A stretch of DNA of 63,559 nt, taken from the sequence record SRR20825006_717; one strand, given 5' to 3'. Both the position numbers and the translations under genes were made by a program. Under the pieces are notes generated by a model. That model worked only from the letters and a program-made list of their open reading frames with translations. It made no database searches and was not told the DNA's origin. How positions within the stretch are numbered: the first letter of the stretch is position 1; each line of letters starts with the position of its first letter. Of the stretch, positions 49,407 through 59,986 are shown piece after piece.

Positions 49407-52400
49407 CTATTGCACTCCCACAATACAACACGCTATTTTACTATCCACATCTTCTGTAATTCTCGTATTATTGAGAATTCTGATTAAATCATTCATTTGA
49501 AATACAATTTTACGATCATCCTTTAAGTTAGATAGGTTCATGATTTTCTTTTTCCTGCCCTGATTTGCTCTTTTATTATTTAATAATGGTTGAAGTAGTA
49601 AAATCCAGTCATCAGCAAAATGTTCGTAATCGATAATAAAATCCGGCGCTTTGGCAAATAGACCCAATAAGCGCTGTATTGACTCTTTCTCCTCATAAGA
49701 AATTTCTTTACGTTTTTTTTGCCGAAGTAAAATAGCATGGGCAACCTCGAGAGCTCTTTTCTTTTTCGGAGGTAACAAGTCACGTTCCATTCTTTTAAAA
49801 TGGTTTATGTATGCTTGCAACGATTGCTGCTGCCATTTCAGTTGTTCCGATTTCCTGGTGATGTGATGTCGTAATTGTTGACATATATCGGGTAAATCTG
49901 TGTGAATGTTATTTTCATGATCGATAAAATACCAACGAGGGCTACGTTTCTGATCTCCTTTTAAGGCAATGAAGCACCAATTTGTTTCACTTCCTACAAA
50001 AGAAACCCTCGTTCTAATGGAGGATCGAACTTCTTTAAATTGATTGTAGAAATCTGTTGTAATGAGTGGTTTTTTTCCTTCTTTCAACTCTACAACAGCC
50101 TGAAAACTATCACTAAAACCGCTCCACGACTCATCCTTATCCTCAAATTGTTTGTACTCATCGATAATGTTTTCAATCGAATCTATTTTTTCGAAATGCT
50201 TATCTTTTAGTTCTTCGGGAATATTAATGTTAGCACCGTAAATTTTATCTACAATAGCATTCGTGTCCACAATTCGTTTATCTGCCTTGAGTGAATATTC
50301 TTCAGAGTCATTCGGCCAGTAAATTTCAATTTCTTTATGAAGACTGTCCATTCTATCAGCTCTACCGATGCGTTGTTCCACGATGCGAAGTACACTTGGA
50401 AGATCTAACAGAACAACAGCTGAGGCTTTTTGTAAGTCAACACTTTCCGACATTTTATCTGAGCATAGTGCAATCATTCCGTCTTTAGATTCAGAAGTAA
50501 GACTGAATACCTCCATGACGCGTACACTTTCTTTGTCTTTTTCACTTCCCGTTGCGATCAAAAGTTTGCGGTCTGGATATAATTCAGAGAAAAGCTTCCT
50601 CAAATAATAGAGTGTGATGACCGTACTGTCGAAGGCTAAAACGAATGAATGTTTTTTGTGAATTCTTACTAGTTCATCTAACTTCCCTTTCTCTCTTTCT
50701 CCAGATAATTGCTTGGCAAGTGCAGCTATTTCCTTATAAATCCTTAAGTCATTTTTAGCTGCTTCTGCATATTGGTCCAAATTCGTTAACCAATCGGGGA
50801 AGAATTCAGATTTAAAAATAGAACTTTTGTATGGTAATTGATTTCTACTAATGATCTTTTGAATAGCAGCAATTTTATCTCCTGAAGTATTTGATTTACC
50901 TGAAAATTTGAAATATTCTTGCGCACTTTTTGTTCCTTCAATGTGCTCAACAAGTGCTACATGAGACGAACGCAATGCCGCACGGATTTGATAAACACAC
51001 AAAGCTTTCCCAGCATTGATTCTATTGTCGATATAAGATTTTTTGCTTTCTTCTTTCGAAATGTCAAAATCAGGTTTATTAAATTTAGTAAGATGTGTCA
51101 CTCCTTTAATCTCTGATGCCAAATCATTTATTTGGTCAACAATTATTTTGTCCTTATCAGTTTCTTTTGTCTTATATGTTTTTTCTAGTTGTTTCGGAAA
51201 TTTACAAACCTTATCCAAGCGATTTCGGTATCTCTCAGGTTCCTTCTCTATTTCAATATTTAATGCTCGCTTGGTTCTTCTGACTGTAAATTTGCTGATG
51301 AAATTGCGTAACTGATCAATGTGTTGATCGCTTCGTTTATTTCGCTTTTGAACCAAATTGCAATAATCAATAAAATGATCATCACTCAAATTGTCTACAT
51401 CCAATAATTCGATTAATTGTAACAGGTCTTCTAAACGTTTACTAATCGGAGTTGCCGTGACCAAAATTTTAAAATCTGCATGATTCTTTTTAATTGTTTC
51501 GGTACGATTAGAATGTGGAGATAAGTAATTGTGCGCTTCATCAATTGTCAGGATTTTAGCAATCTCCAGGTTTCCAATAATTTCTTTTCGTCTGGCTTCC
51601 CCGGAATTACTTAGAATACCCATAGATTCCACTTCACAAATTCGCTTTTGAGATCGAAACTCCTCTTTCCATTTTCCCACTACTAGCGGAGGACAAATTG
51701 CTAAAGCGTTGGTATGATGGTTTCTTCCTGATTCAAACAACCAGTGTTGCAAGGATAAAACGAGTGAAGTACACATTTTGGTTTTACCAGCACCTGTTGG
51801 GTCTGCTATCAAAACATTAGACTGACTTTGCAAAATAGTCATGGCCTGAGCCAAACCTTTCCATTGTGTCGGCCATAATTTGGCATTTTGTAGCTTTTCC
51901 AAAATCTCTCGGTAGGATTCTAACCATTCTCCTTCTAAAATTTCTGAAATGGCTCTAGCTAAAGCTTCTTCCCAAGTAACTTGCTGAATCAAGTTTTGAA
52001 GTAGTTCAATGATTTTTTGATTATAATCTACCGAATCTTCCCAATAACTTTCGCCAATCAGCTTAATATCATTGTACTGTTTTTGCTCGTGTTCGTCATT
52101 CTTACAAACCCGAATATTTGCTTCATCTTGCTCATTCAGACCATTCTTGCTGAAATTGGACGAGCCAAGGACTGCATAGTTGTCTCCAACAAATAGTTTA
52201 GCGTGTAATCGATCCTTGAATTTAAACTGCACATCTTGCCGATTAATCTTTTCAATAAGGTTCATTACAGCCCCACCTAACATGACGGAAAGCCCTTTCT
52301 TGATCCAGTATTCTTTGATTTCTTTATCCAATTTAACCATCGGATATTTTTTTCGACCACGCATATTTGGTTCAAAACCAATCAGAATACGCACCTTTTT

Positions 52401-52613
52401 CAATTTCTCAAATTCCTGCGAACCAAAAAAATCAATTAAGTTAGACAAAGAAGTAAATCCAGTCAAAATCAAGTATTCTTCGCTTTCCTTGATGTCATTA
52501 TAGACAATAGTTTGAACCCTCCGTTTGTAAGCAGACAGGTTGAGCGGAAAATTTTCTTGTTCTGGCCAACGGTGGGCATCGAAGCTTATTTCTATTTGAT
52601 TTAAGTCCGTCAA
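49407..52613 (-). CDS. PLD-like nuclease fused to an SNF2-related SF2 helicase
   Basis: LHAKLFV...GSSNFS...EAN (single HxK PLD motif); ADPTGAGKT, DEAH, TATP, EQRIGRADR; TTG start. Confidence 0.88.
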   Translation of the reverse strand: MTDLNQIEISFDAHRWPEQENFPLNLSAYKRRVQTIVYNDIKESEEYLILTGFTSLSNLIDFFGSQEFEKLKKVRILIGFEPNMRGRKKYPMVKLDKEIKEYWIKKGLSVMLGGAVMNLIEKINRQDVQFKFKDRLHAKLFVGDNYAVLGSSNFSKNGLNEQDEANIRVCKNDEHEQKQYNDIKLIGESYWEDSVDYNQKIIELLQNLIQQVTWEEALARAISEILEGEWLESYREILEKLQNAKLWPTQWKGLAQAMTILQSQSNVLIADPTGAGKTKMCTSLVLSLQHWLFESGRNHHTNALAICPPLVVGKWKEEFRSQKRICEVESMGILSNSGEARRKEIIGNLEIAKILTIDEAHNYLSPHSNRTETIKKNHADFKILVTATPISKRLEDLLQLIELLDVDNLSDDHFIDYCNLVQKRNKRSDQHIDQLRNFISKFTVRRTKRALNIEIEKEPERYRNRLDKVCKFPKQLEKTYKTKETDKDKIIVDQINDLASEIKGVTHLTKFNKPDFDISKEESKKSYIDNRINAGKALCVYQIRAALRSSHVALVEHIEGTKSAQEYFKFSGKSNTSGDKIAAIQKIISRNQLPYKSSIFKSEFFPDWLTNLDQYAEAAKNDLRIYKEIAALAKQLSGEREKGKLDELVRIHKKHSFVLAFDSTVITLYYLRKLFSELYPDRKLLIATGSEKDKESVRVMEVFSLTSESKDGMIALCSDKMSESVDLQKASAVVLLDLPSVLRIVEQRIGRADRMDSLHKEIEIYWPNDSEEYSLKADKRIVDTNAIVDKIYGANINIPEELKDKHFEKIDSIENIIDEYKQFEDKDESWSGFSDSFQAVVELKEGKKPLITTDFYNQFKEVRSSIRTRVSFVGSETNWCFIALKGDQKRSPRWYFIDHENNIHTDLPDICQQLRHHITRKSEQLKWQQQSLQAYINHFKRMERDLLPPKKKRALEVAHAILLRQKKRKEISYEEKESIQRLLGLFAKAPDFIIDYEHFADDWILLLQPLLNNKRANQGRKKKIMNLSNLKDDRKIVFQMNDLIRILNNTRITEDVDSKIACCIVGVQ

Positions 52614-52624
52614 CTTATTTTATG

Positions 52625-54928
52625 TTAATTATTCTGGATCACATTTTTGAGGTTTATACCTCTCTCCGTTAAATCATAGTTTTTGAACTTATATCGCATA
52701 AATGCTGACATCATATCTTCATGAGTTGACATTATTATCTGATTATCTCGAAATTCATTTCTAAGAAGATCTATAAATCCATACATGTTAAGTTCATCCA
52801 TAGTCTGAACTGGGTCATCAATAAGTACCAACTTGTTTTGTGAGTACTTTTTATGAAGTGCTAGAGTGAAAGAAATGATAAGAGCAGAAAGTTGTCCCGA
52901 ACTCATCGTGAAAATGGCATCATAAGTTTTGTTCGAATCTGTTTGGAATCTTATTCCGTCCTTTTCAGAAAAAATAAACAATCCAATTCCCCCTTGAAAA
53001 AACTGCATAATCCGTCCAGAGTAAATATGGAATATTGTTTCTATATCCTTTATTATCTTATTCTGATATGATTTTAACGAGCTAGCATATCGATTTTTCA
53101 GTTCTTTCAGTTGCCTACCAATAACTTTAGCATCATCTCGTTTTTTTGCAGTCTCAACTAATTTTATTGTGTTATCTCTAAGTAGCAAATTTTGATTTAG
53201 GTACCATTTGTGCTTTATATATGACTTCTTCTGATCAAGATTCTCAACTGAAAATGAATCCAGTGTCCCAAATACATTATTGAAATAATCTTGAAAATAG
53301 TCTTGAAAAAATGTCTCTATTAAATCTTCTCCTGACTCATCCTTAAAGGCTTTAATATCAAGTTTAAATTTTTCAACTAATTCGGAATGGTCGAGGTTTT
53401 GGTCAATGCCTGAATATTCTGTGTAGTCAATTTTAAGAAATTCAAGATTTTTTATAATATCATTGAAATGGTGTTGCTCCAAAATAAGTAGCCGAGACAC
53501 AAAGTCACTATCGTAGTTATAAGATGATATTTTTTCCTTTAAAAGGCGAATTACTTCAACCACTATTTCAGCCTTGAATTTATCCAGTAATTCCTGAAGT
53601 GTATTGCTTTTATCCGAATTGATTTTCGCAATTTGTTCGGTCTTATTTTCAATTTGACGAATTAATTCTTCTATACTCCCCCAATTGTATCCACAAAAAA
53701 GACAATCACTTTGATTTACTCCTTCTTCTCTTAATTGTGTAAGTTCGGTCGAAAGTTCACCTCTGGATCTAGAAATATCGGAGTAAATTTTATCCAACCC
53801 CTTGAGTTCCCTATAGCCGCTGATTAGTTCTAACTTAGTCCGTTCAAATAATTCTCTAAGTTCAATGGAGATAAATTCGTATGGTTGAAGATCAATAGCC
53901 TGTTCCAGGTTGCTACTGTTAAATGATTCTAGAACTTTAATTATTTCCTGAATAGTTGATACACTATTGCGCATTTCCCTAAATTCCTCCTTTCTAGGTA
54001 AAAAAGTATAATGCTTTATTAAATCAAATATCGTCTGGTCCTTTTCAAGGATTGCATCTACCGCTTTATTTTTTTGATATTGCTTGAAAAGCTCTTTCCT
54101 TTCAACCAAAATTTTTACACGTTGAAAAAAACCGTCTTGACCAATCAGTTCAGCATAATTAAATTGACTAAAATCAAGTTCCTCGTTATCCCATAAATAG
54201 TCATTTTGAGCAAATAATCGAACATAACTAGTGGGAGTCGCTTCATTCGTCTCACTCTCTCTAAGCAATTTTATGATTTTTTCTAACTCATCGGCTTCTG
54301 CATTGGCAGAGTCGTGAATAGAATCTACTTTCTTGCGTAAATCATCAATTCGTTTAACCTTGATTTCAAACTCCTTAAGATCAAACAAATGGCTAATGTG
54401 ACCTTTTCGCTCTTTGTCCGAATGTTTTAAAAGAAAGAGACTATCCTCCTGTTCCACATAGTTCAAGAATTGAAAATTTGAACTATACTTTTCACCTAAT
54501 AAATCAGCTAAAAATGTTTTTTCATCTTCAACCAAAGTTCTTTCCTCGGAATCAAACTCGGATTTTACAAAGAGTTTGTATATAGAAAAATCAATGGATG
54601 AATCAATACTCTCTGCTTTCACAAATCGTTCAAGTACGTGAACCTTATCAGCTTTTTGAAGTTCTATTGTTATCACAATATCACTGTTTTGAGCTTCAAC
54701 ATTATAAAAGGGATTCTCCGAGAAGGATTGTCTACCATCAACAATTTTCGATTTGAGAGCATTATATCTACGGATCTTCCCAGTTAATCCAAGTTCAATG
54801 GAGTCATAAACAGTTGTCTTACCGAAGCCATTAGGACCATCAAGAATAACTATATCTGAAGACTTGAAGTCTATTATAATATCCTTAAAAACCTTAAAAT
54901 TCTTTATTCTAATTTTCTGGATTTTCAT
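52625..54928 (-). CDS. lmuB: Rad50/SbcC-like ABC ATPase, Lamassu/ABC-3C LmuB
   Basis: Walker A GPNGFGKT, Q-loop YVEQ, coiled coil with CLFC hook, MSSGQ signature, IDDPVQTMD, STH. Confidence 0.8.
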   Translation of the reverse strand: MKIQKIRIKNFKVFKDIIIDFKSSDIVILDGPNGFGKTTVYDSIELGLTGKIRRYNALKSKIVDGRQSFSENPFYNVEAQNSDIVITIELQKADKVHVLERFVKAESIDSSIDFSIYKLFVKSEFDSEERTLVEDEKTFLADLLGEKYSSNFQFLNYVEQEDSLFLLKHSDKERKGHISHLFDLKEFEIKVKRIDDLRKKVDSIHDSANAEADELEKIIKLLRESETNEATPTSYVRLFAQNDYLWDNEELDFSQFNYAELIGQDGFFQRVKILVERKELFKQYQKNKAVDAILEKDQTIFDLIKHYTFLPRKEEFREMRNSVSTIQEIIKVLESFNSSNLEQAIDLQPYEFISIELRELFERTKLELISGYRELKGLDKIYSDISRSRGELSTELTQLREEGVNQSDCLFCGYNWGSIEELIRQIENKTEQIAKINSDKSNTLQELLDKFKAEIVVEVIRLLKEKISSYNYDSDFVSRLLILEQHHFNDIIKNLEFLKIDYTEYSGIDQNLDHSELVEKFKLDIKAFKDESGEDLIETFFQDYFQDYFNNVFGTLDSFSVENLDQKKSYIKHKWYLNQNLLLRDNTIKLVETAKKRDDAKVIGRQLKELKNRYASSLKSYQNKIIKDIETIFHIYSGRIMQFFQGGIGLFIFSEKDGIRFQTDSNKTYDAIFTMSSGQLSALIISFTLALHKKYSQNKLVLIDDPVQTMDELNMYGFIDLLRNEFRDNQIIMSTHEDMMSAFMRYKFKNYDLTERGINLKNVIQNN

Positions 54929-55598
54929 CTGATAGTATTGATTTTAATTTTTCAAAAACTTCTTCCTCAGTTATGCTGTTGAAATTTTCATCTGAAAGGA
55001 CGAAGAAATCATTTATTAGTAATTCGTTTAATTGATTGTTTTGAAGTGATCGGTTATTGATTTCCTCTAGCGAATTAAGATTATTCGTCTCTTTAGCATT
55101 GATTTTAATAAATGGAATTTTTATCGCCATTCTATAGATCAGTGATTCAAAATCGTTCTGATCAAACTGTTGTTTGTGAACTTCAAATATTTTTTCATCC
55201 AGAATCATAGACTCTATTGTAGCCAGTGCTGTAGAATCACCAATAACTTGAATCAAATTTGTCTTTTCTTCATTTGTGTAATAAAGAATGTTCTTTTTAA
55301 AATGATAAGGATTTTCTTCAATTTTTAGCAAAAGATCCGCATTCATATTCTCTAAGGAATCAACCTCAATCAGTATTAATAAATTTGCATTCTTGTCAAA
55401 AGTTGGGTCTTGAACAATCTTCTTTGAATCGATAAAGATTTCGGCTTGTTGATCTGGGATTTTCGCAATTTCATCTACATCTGATTGAATAATTATCCAA
55501 TAGTTTTTGTGATTTCCGTGACCAAAAATTTTAAACTCTGAATTCTCTATTTCTTGAAGATTTGCTTCCTGAAATATCTTTGCTATTAAATCAATCAT
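54909..55598 (-). CDS. lmuC: ABC-three-component middle component (LmuC-like)
   Basis: FDKNANLLIL...IEENPYHFKKNILYYT and KIPF motifs; sits between effector and ATPase with overlapping ends. Confidence 0.72.
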   Translation of the reverse strand: MIDLIAKIFQEANLQEIENSEFKIFGHGNHKNYWIIIQSDVDEIAKIPDQQAEIFIDSKKIVQDPTFDKNANLLILIEVDSLENMNADLLLKIEENPYHFKKNILYYTNEEKTNLIQVIGDSTALATIESMILDEKIFEVHKQQFDQNDFESLIYRMAIKIPFIKINAKETNNLNSLEEINNRSLQNNQLNELLINDFFVLSDENFNSITEEEVFEKLKSILSDENPEN

Positions 55599-56892
55599 TT
55601 AATTTGTCTTTTGCTTTTTCAATATCAATGAGGCTTACCTTTTTCCATTTCGTTATGTTATTGCGTCTTTCTTCATTCCCTATTTGGATATCAGAGTCAT
55701 CGAGCTGAGTTATGTTGTTCGCGTAAGCTTCCATGTCTGTAACATTGCACTCTGAAGTAACCAGAAAGTCGGAGTTAAATGGTACTGAAACATTCGTAGT
55801 TAAAGCACTATTTAGAATCTTCTCACACAATCTTTTTTTACTCTTATCCGAATCAGAATTATTAATTGATGTCGGATAATAATGTTTTCCATCTGAACAA
55901 ATCCATCCCCACGTATTTCCATTATTTGACTCTTTGATTTCTGACAAAATCAGAAAAAATGCGTCTTTAATTTCTACTTGATCTAAACTAGTATCCTTAT
56001 AACCAACTAAGTCTGAATAATTGATAACCTTGTGTGGGGTGATGTTTTGTAAAAAGGATTTAAAGTTGTCCAGTTTTAGCGCATTGAATTGAAACAAATA
56101 GGTGTTCATACGCAGTTTTGTTTCGTCTGACCAATCTTGACCATCAAATTCCACATAAAACTCTTGATAGTATCTGTTGAGATCAATTTTTAGTCGATCC
56201 TGAAAGTAAATTTCATTTTGAATAGTAACCGTTTCGTCTTTTATTGCTTCAAGAAATTCAGTGAATGGGATCACTGTTCTGAAAGCAGCTTCACGAATTG
56301 GAGTTCCTTGATGATTTAGAGAATGTATTTCAACGACTATATCAGATATTTTCTTCTCAAGAATCTGATATTTATTTTTTTTCAGGTCGTCATTTGTTGC
56401 TCCTGCAAAACCTTCGTTTTGAAGAATTGTGCCAATATTTTGGAAGATGTAATTATCAATCTTTGATAAAGCGCAGAACTCCTCTTTATTTTCATACGTG
56501 TATATCTTCAAATCGGGGTGTCTTATTTCAATGCTGGATTTCGACTCTACGTTTTTTGAAGCTAAATGAAAGTAAGCCGTCACTTCACTATTTTGTTTTG
56601 CTGCTTCTTTTTTTTTCTTTTCCAACTGCTCAAAATCATCCTTGTAGGTTGAATAAGCAGTGCTTTTAACAGCCTTAACTTGATGCATAGTGAGTGGTAC
56701 AATATTTTTATTCTCATCATACTTTACAATTGAAAAATCATCTATTGAATCAATTTGTAAGAACCATTGATCACAATCAGCTTCGTCTTCTTCATTAAGA
56801 AGTTTTAACGTGTGATAGAGCGCAATACGACCTTGATAAATAAACCCACTCCATGTTGGGATCGCAGTATGTGGAAATTTTTCTTCTGACAT
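55591..56892 (-). CDS. lmuA: Cap4-like PD-(D/E)xK nuclease effector with C-terminal domain (LmuA)
   Basis: AIPTWSGFIYQG, DSIDDF, HQVKA motifs in the N-terminal domain. Confidence 0.75.
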   Translation of the reverse strand: MSEEKFPHTAIPTWSGFIYQGRIALYHTLKLLNEEDEADCDQWFLQIDSIDDFSIVKYDENKNIVPLTMHQVKAVKSTAYSTYKDDFEQLEKKKKEAAKQNSEVTAYFHLASKNVESKSSIEIRHPDLKIYTYENKEEFCALSKIDNYIFQNIGTILQNEGFAGATNDDLKKNKYQILEKKISDIVVEIHSLNHQGTPIREAAFRTVIPFTEFLEAIKDETVTIQNEIYFQDRLKIDLNRYYQEFYVEFDGQDWSDETKLRMNTYLFQFNALKLDNFKSFLQNITPHKVINYSDLVGYKDTSLDQVEIKDAFFLILSEIKESNNGNTWGWICSDGKHYYPTSINNSDSDKSKKRLCEKILNSALTTNVSVPFNSDFLVTSECNVTDMEAYANNITQLDDSDIQIGNEERRNNITKWKKVSLIDIEKAKDKLND

Positions 56893-56902
56893 AATCTAGT
56901 TT

Positions 56903-59900
56903 TTATTCCCAACTCCCCATCACCAAACTACCCTTCTCCGGATCATTGGCAATAGTCAAATAGGCATCTATTTCTTGTTGTAATTCTTCTACATGCGAGA
57001 TCACGCCCACAATCCGATTTTCTTGACGCAATGCTTTTAAAGATTCAAAGACTATTCGCAAAGATTCTTTGTCCTGTGAGCCGAAACCTTCATCAAGGAA
57101 AAAGAAATTTTGGTTGGATTTACTTTGTTGTGGAATGCTTTCAGCCAATGCCAGTGCCAAACACAAAGAAGCTTGGAACGTTTGTCCACCTGAAAGCGTT
57201 TTCACACTTCGCAATCTTCCTTCATTCAGATAATCCCGAATTTGAAAGTTATTTCCTCCAGTGAGTTCCAATCGCAATTGTTGTTTCGTGAGTTTATAAA
57301 ATCGCTCATTTGCCGCTTCACATAATTGTTGGAGGTAAACGGACGAAATGTAATTCACAAACCCACTTGCCGAAAACAAACGCTTTAAGGTTTGAATATT
57401 GGTTTTGCGGTGTTCACGTTTTTCGGCATCGGAAATAACTTGTTTTTTAACAATCCATTCCTCTTTTAACTTATTCAGCAAAGTCTCAGCTTCAATACGA
57501 GCTGTATTTTGTCCATCTAAATCCAATTTCAATTGTTGGACACTGCTTAACAGATTAACATATTTTTCCGGATCAACTGTTTTTCCAACCAATGCCTTGT
57601 TGAGGGTTTCTAACGTTGCATTAACACTAAATAGCTGTTGTTGAAAATCAGTGATTTGCTGTTTGACAATTGGAAGGTCTATATCCAAAGCGAGCGTTTT
57701 TTCCACTTCAATTCGTTGCGAAAACAGATTACTATCTGATAAGCTTGTTTCAATTCGTTCGCCAAGCCCTGTGAGTTCCTTATTTAGTCGGGTTATTCCC
57801 TCCTTTGCTGCATTGTAAGTAGCTGTTGAACTGGCTTTGTCTATTTTGTTTTGCTGAATCCGGTTGGTAAGCAACAGATGTTTCTTTTCAGTTTCTGATA
57901 TAAAGAGATTCAGAGCATCTATTTTTTCTTGGATAGTTACCTCATCCAATACAAAGGCCGTTTCATCTAATGTCTGAATTTGTCCTTTCAGCATGGATTG
58001 GTTACTCGTTTCTATCTTGATTTGCGTATTTAACTCGTTCAATTCGTCTTTTATCGTTTCGTAAGAACCTGTTGCCAATCGCAGGTTTTCTTCTAGAGTC
58101 CCCAAATCCGTTTCCAGACGTTTTAATTCCTGTTGATTGGTAACCGATTCATGCTGAAGTTTGAGAAAATGATCTCTTTCATCCGGTGAAAATTGAGTCC
58201 AAACGAATGTTGATCGATGCTGACGAATTTGTTCTTCTATCTCCGTAACCTTTGTTTTGAATCCTTGCAATTGATCCATATTATCCTTGAGCCTAGAAGC
58301 TGCAATTTCTAATTGACGACTAGCTTCTGTTATCTTTTGGTATTCTTCGTCAAGCAAAATCAAGTCTCTTTCCGCCTTCTCAATATCTGAAGTAACATTT
58401 TCAATGTGCAACACCTGTGGATGGTCATGAGAACCACACAAAGGACAAGGTTCATTTTCTGCTATTTGTTCAGTAAATACAGCTAATTCAGATTGAAGTC
58501 TTAATTTGTCCAAGGCTTGTTTTAATTCCTTTTCCTTGTTTCGATTACTACGTTCTTCATTTTGAAAGGTTAAAAGGTGGTTTTCAATGATACTATCTGC
58601 TGAAAAAGGGAATCGTTCCGATAGAATTGGAGGAATCAATGAAGGAATTTGTTGCTTTTGCGTTTCAATCTGCTCCTCACAACTTGATAACGATTTTTTT
58701 GCATCCACTAGGTTATTAGTCAAGGCATCAAGTTGAACAAACCAACTTTGTACATTTCCTAATTCCACCGAATCTGGCATTTTCGCTTTCAATTCAGTAA
58801 TCAACCTTTTCTGATTCGTCAATAATTGTTCTGCATTCGTTTTCTTTTCAAGGTTTTTAGCAACTATCTCGGTTTTATCGATTAATCCAAGATTCAGTTG
58901 TTGAATTGTTACTTCTGCCTTTTTAACCAGCAATAGGGTCGTATGATCCTGTTGTTCTTTTCTACGCACGTCCAATTGAGCATATTCTTTCGCTACCACT
59001 TCCAACTGAGGTTCATCTACCTCCAATTGTGCGTTGATTCGTTCCAACTCTGCATTAGCATTTTCAGCATCTTTCTGATTTGATTGAAGTGCCTGTTTTG
59101 CATTTACTTCCTGTTCAAAAAGCCCTTTGAAATGCTGCAAACAATATTCAACTTGATTGACTTGTCTGCTTAATTCATCAATGGATAGTTTTTGAAGATT
59201 TAATTGGTTTAATTCGAGCTGTTTTTGCTTTTGCTCATCCAATTGTTTTTTCAAGTCGGTTAATTCTGATTCTTCTTTTTCAAGACCCGTTAAAGTTATT
59301 TGAGTTTCCCTGTGCTTTTCAACCAAAAGATTTACTTCTTCGGTCTTAGTAGCTATAATTTCCTCTGAAACATGCTCCAATTGAAGCAAACTACCAGACA
59401 ACTGTTGTAGTTCTGCCTCATTTTTCCGTTCCAGCGAAACTGTTTGTTGGTAAAACTCATATTTTTCCAATTGAAAAATTTCTTTGAGCATGTTGGTTCG
59501 CGCAGCATCGCCTAATTGCAAAAACTCCTGAAACTTCCCTTGCGGAATAATAATTGTTCTTCTGAAATTCTCGTAAGACAGACCAATAATTGCCTCTGCC
59601 GTTGTCTCGGGAAAAGGTTCAGGGACTGCTCCGATTAGTTTGTATGCACTCCGTTTAAATGTTCCAACATCTTCAAAATTTTTCCCATTGCGACGACCTT
59701 TTACCACAAATCGATACAATTGTTCATCGTGGTTCAGAAAAGTAAAATCAATCAATAGCTCACTTGATTTCAGATTGAGCATGTTGTAATTTCGATTGTC
59801 ACGGGAATTCATCCTTTCAGTTTCTCCATAGAGAGAAAAAGAGATGGCTTCCAAAATCGAGGATTTCCCTGAACCAACCGTTCCAAAAATACCGAACAAT

Positions 59901-59986
59901 TGTGCTTTCGTTAGTTTTGTGAAGTCAATAACTTGTTCTTCCTGATAAGAATAAAGACCTTTTATGGTAAGTGAGACTGGAATCAT
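56903..59986 (-). CDS. sbcC: SbcC (Rad50-like) ATPase
   Basis: GTVGSGKS, IPQGKF, CPLCGS zinc hook, TLSGGQ, FLDEGFG, VISHV. Confidence 0.93.
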   Translation of the reverse strand: MIPVSLTIKGLYSYQEEQVIDFTKLTKAQLFGIFGTVGSGKSSILEAISFSLYGETERMNSRDNRNYNMLNLKSSELLIDFTFLNHDEQLYRFVVKGRRNGKNFEDVGTFKRSAYKLIGAVPEPFPETTAEAIIGLSYENFRRTIIIPQGKFQEFLQLGDAARTNMLKEIFQLEKYEFYQQTVSLERKNEAELQQLSGSLLQLEHVSEEIIATKTEEVNLLVEKHRETQITLTGLEKEESELTDLKKQLDEQKQKQLELNQLNLQKLSIDELSRQVNQVEYCLQHFKGLFEQEVNAKQALQSNQKDAENANAELERINAQLEVDEPQLEVVAKEYAQLDVRRKEQQDHTTLLLVKKAEVTIQQLNLGLIDKTEIVAKNLEKKTNAEQLLTNQKRLITELKAKMPDSVELGNVQSWFVQLDALTNNLVDAKKSLSSCEEQIETQKQQIPSLIPPILSERFPFSADSIIENHLLTFQNEERSNRNKEKELKQALDKLRLQSELAVFTEQIAENEPCPLCGSHDHPQVLHIENVTSDIEKAERDLILLDEEYQKITEASRQLEIAASRLKDNMDQLQGFKTKVTEIEEQIRQHRSTFVWTQFSPDERDHFLKLQHESVTNQQELKRLETDLGTLEENLRLATGSYETIKDELNELNTQIKIETSNQSMLKGQIQTLDETAFVLDEVTIQEKIDALNLFISETEKKHLLLTNRIQQNKIDKASSTATYNAAKEGITRLNKELTGLGERIETSLSDSNLFSQRIEVEKTLALDIDLPIVKQQITDFQQQLFSVNATLETLNKALVGKTVDPEKYVNLLSSVQQLKLDLDGQNTARIEAETLLNKLKEEWIVKKQVISDAEKREHRKTNIQTLKRLFSASGFVNYISSVYLQQLCEAANERFYKLTKQQLRLELTGGNNFQIRDYLNEGRLRSVKTLSGGQTFQASLCLALALAESIPQQSKSNQNFFFLDEGFGSQDKESLRIVFESLKALRQENRIVGVISHVEELQQEIDAYLTIANDPEKGSLVMGSWE

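Noticed and set aside
49183-49431. 82-aa ORF after the helicase as a seventh operon gene
   Set aside because: Non-ATG start, no motifs, overlaps the helicase end; not excluded but unsupported.
52625-56892. Wadjet, OLD/Gabija or CBASS assignment
   Set aside because: No JetA/JetD, TOPRIM, UvrD or CD-NTase; effector-middle component-Rad50-like ATPase order fits Lamassu/ABC-3C.
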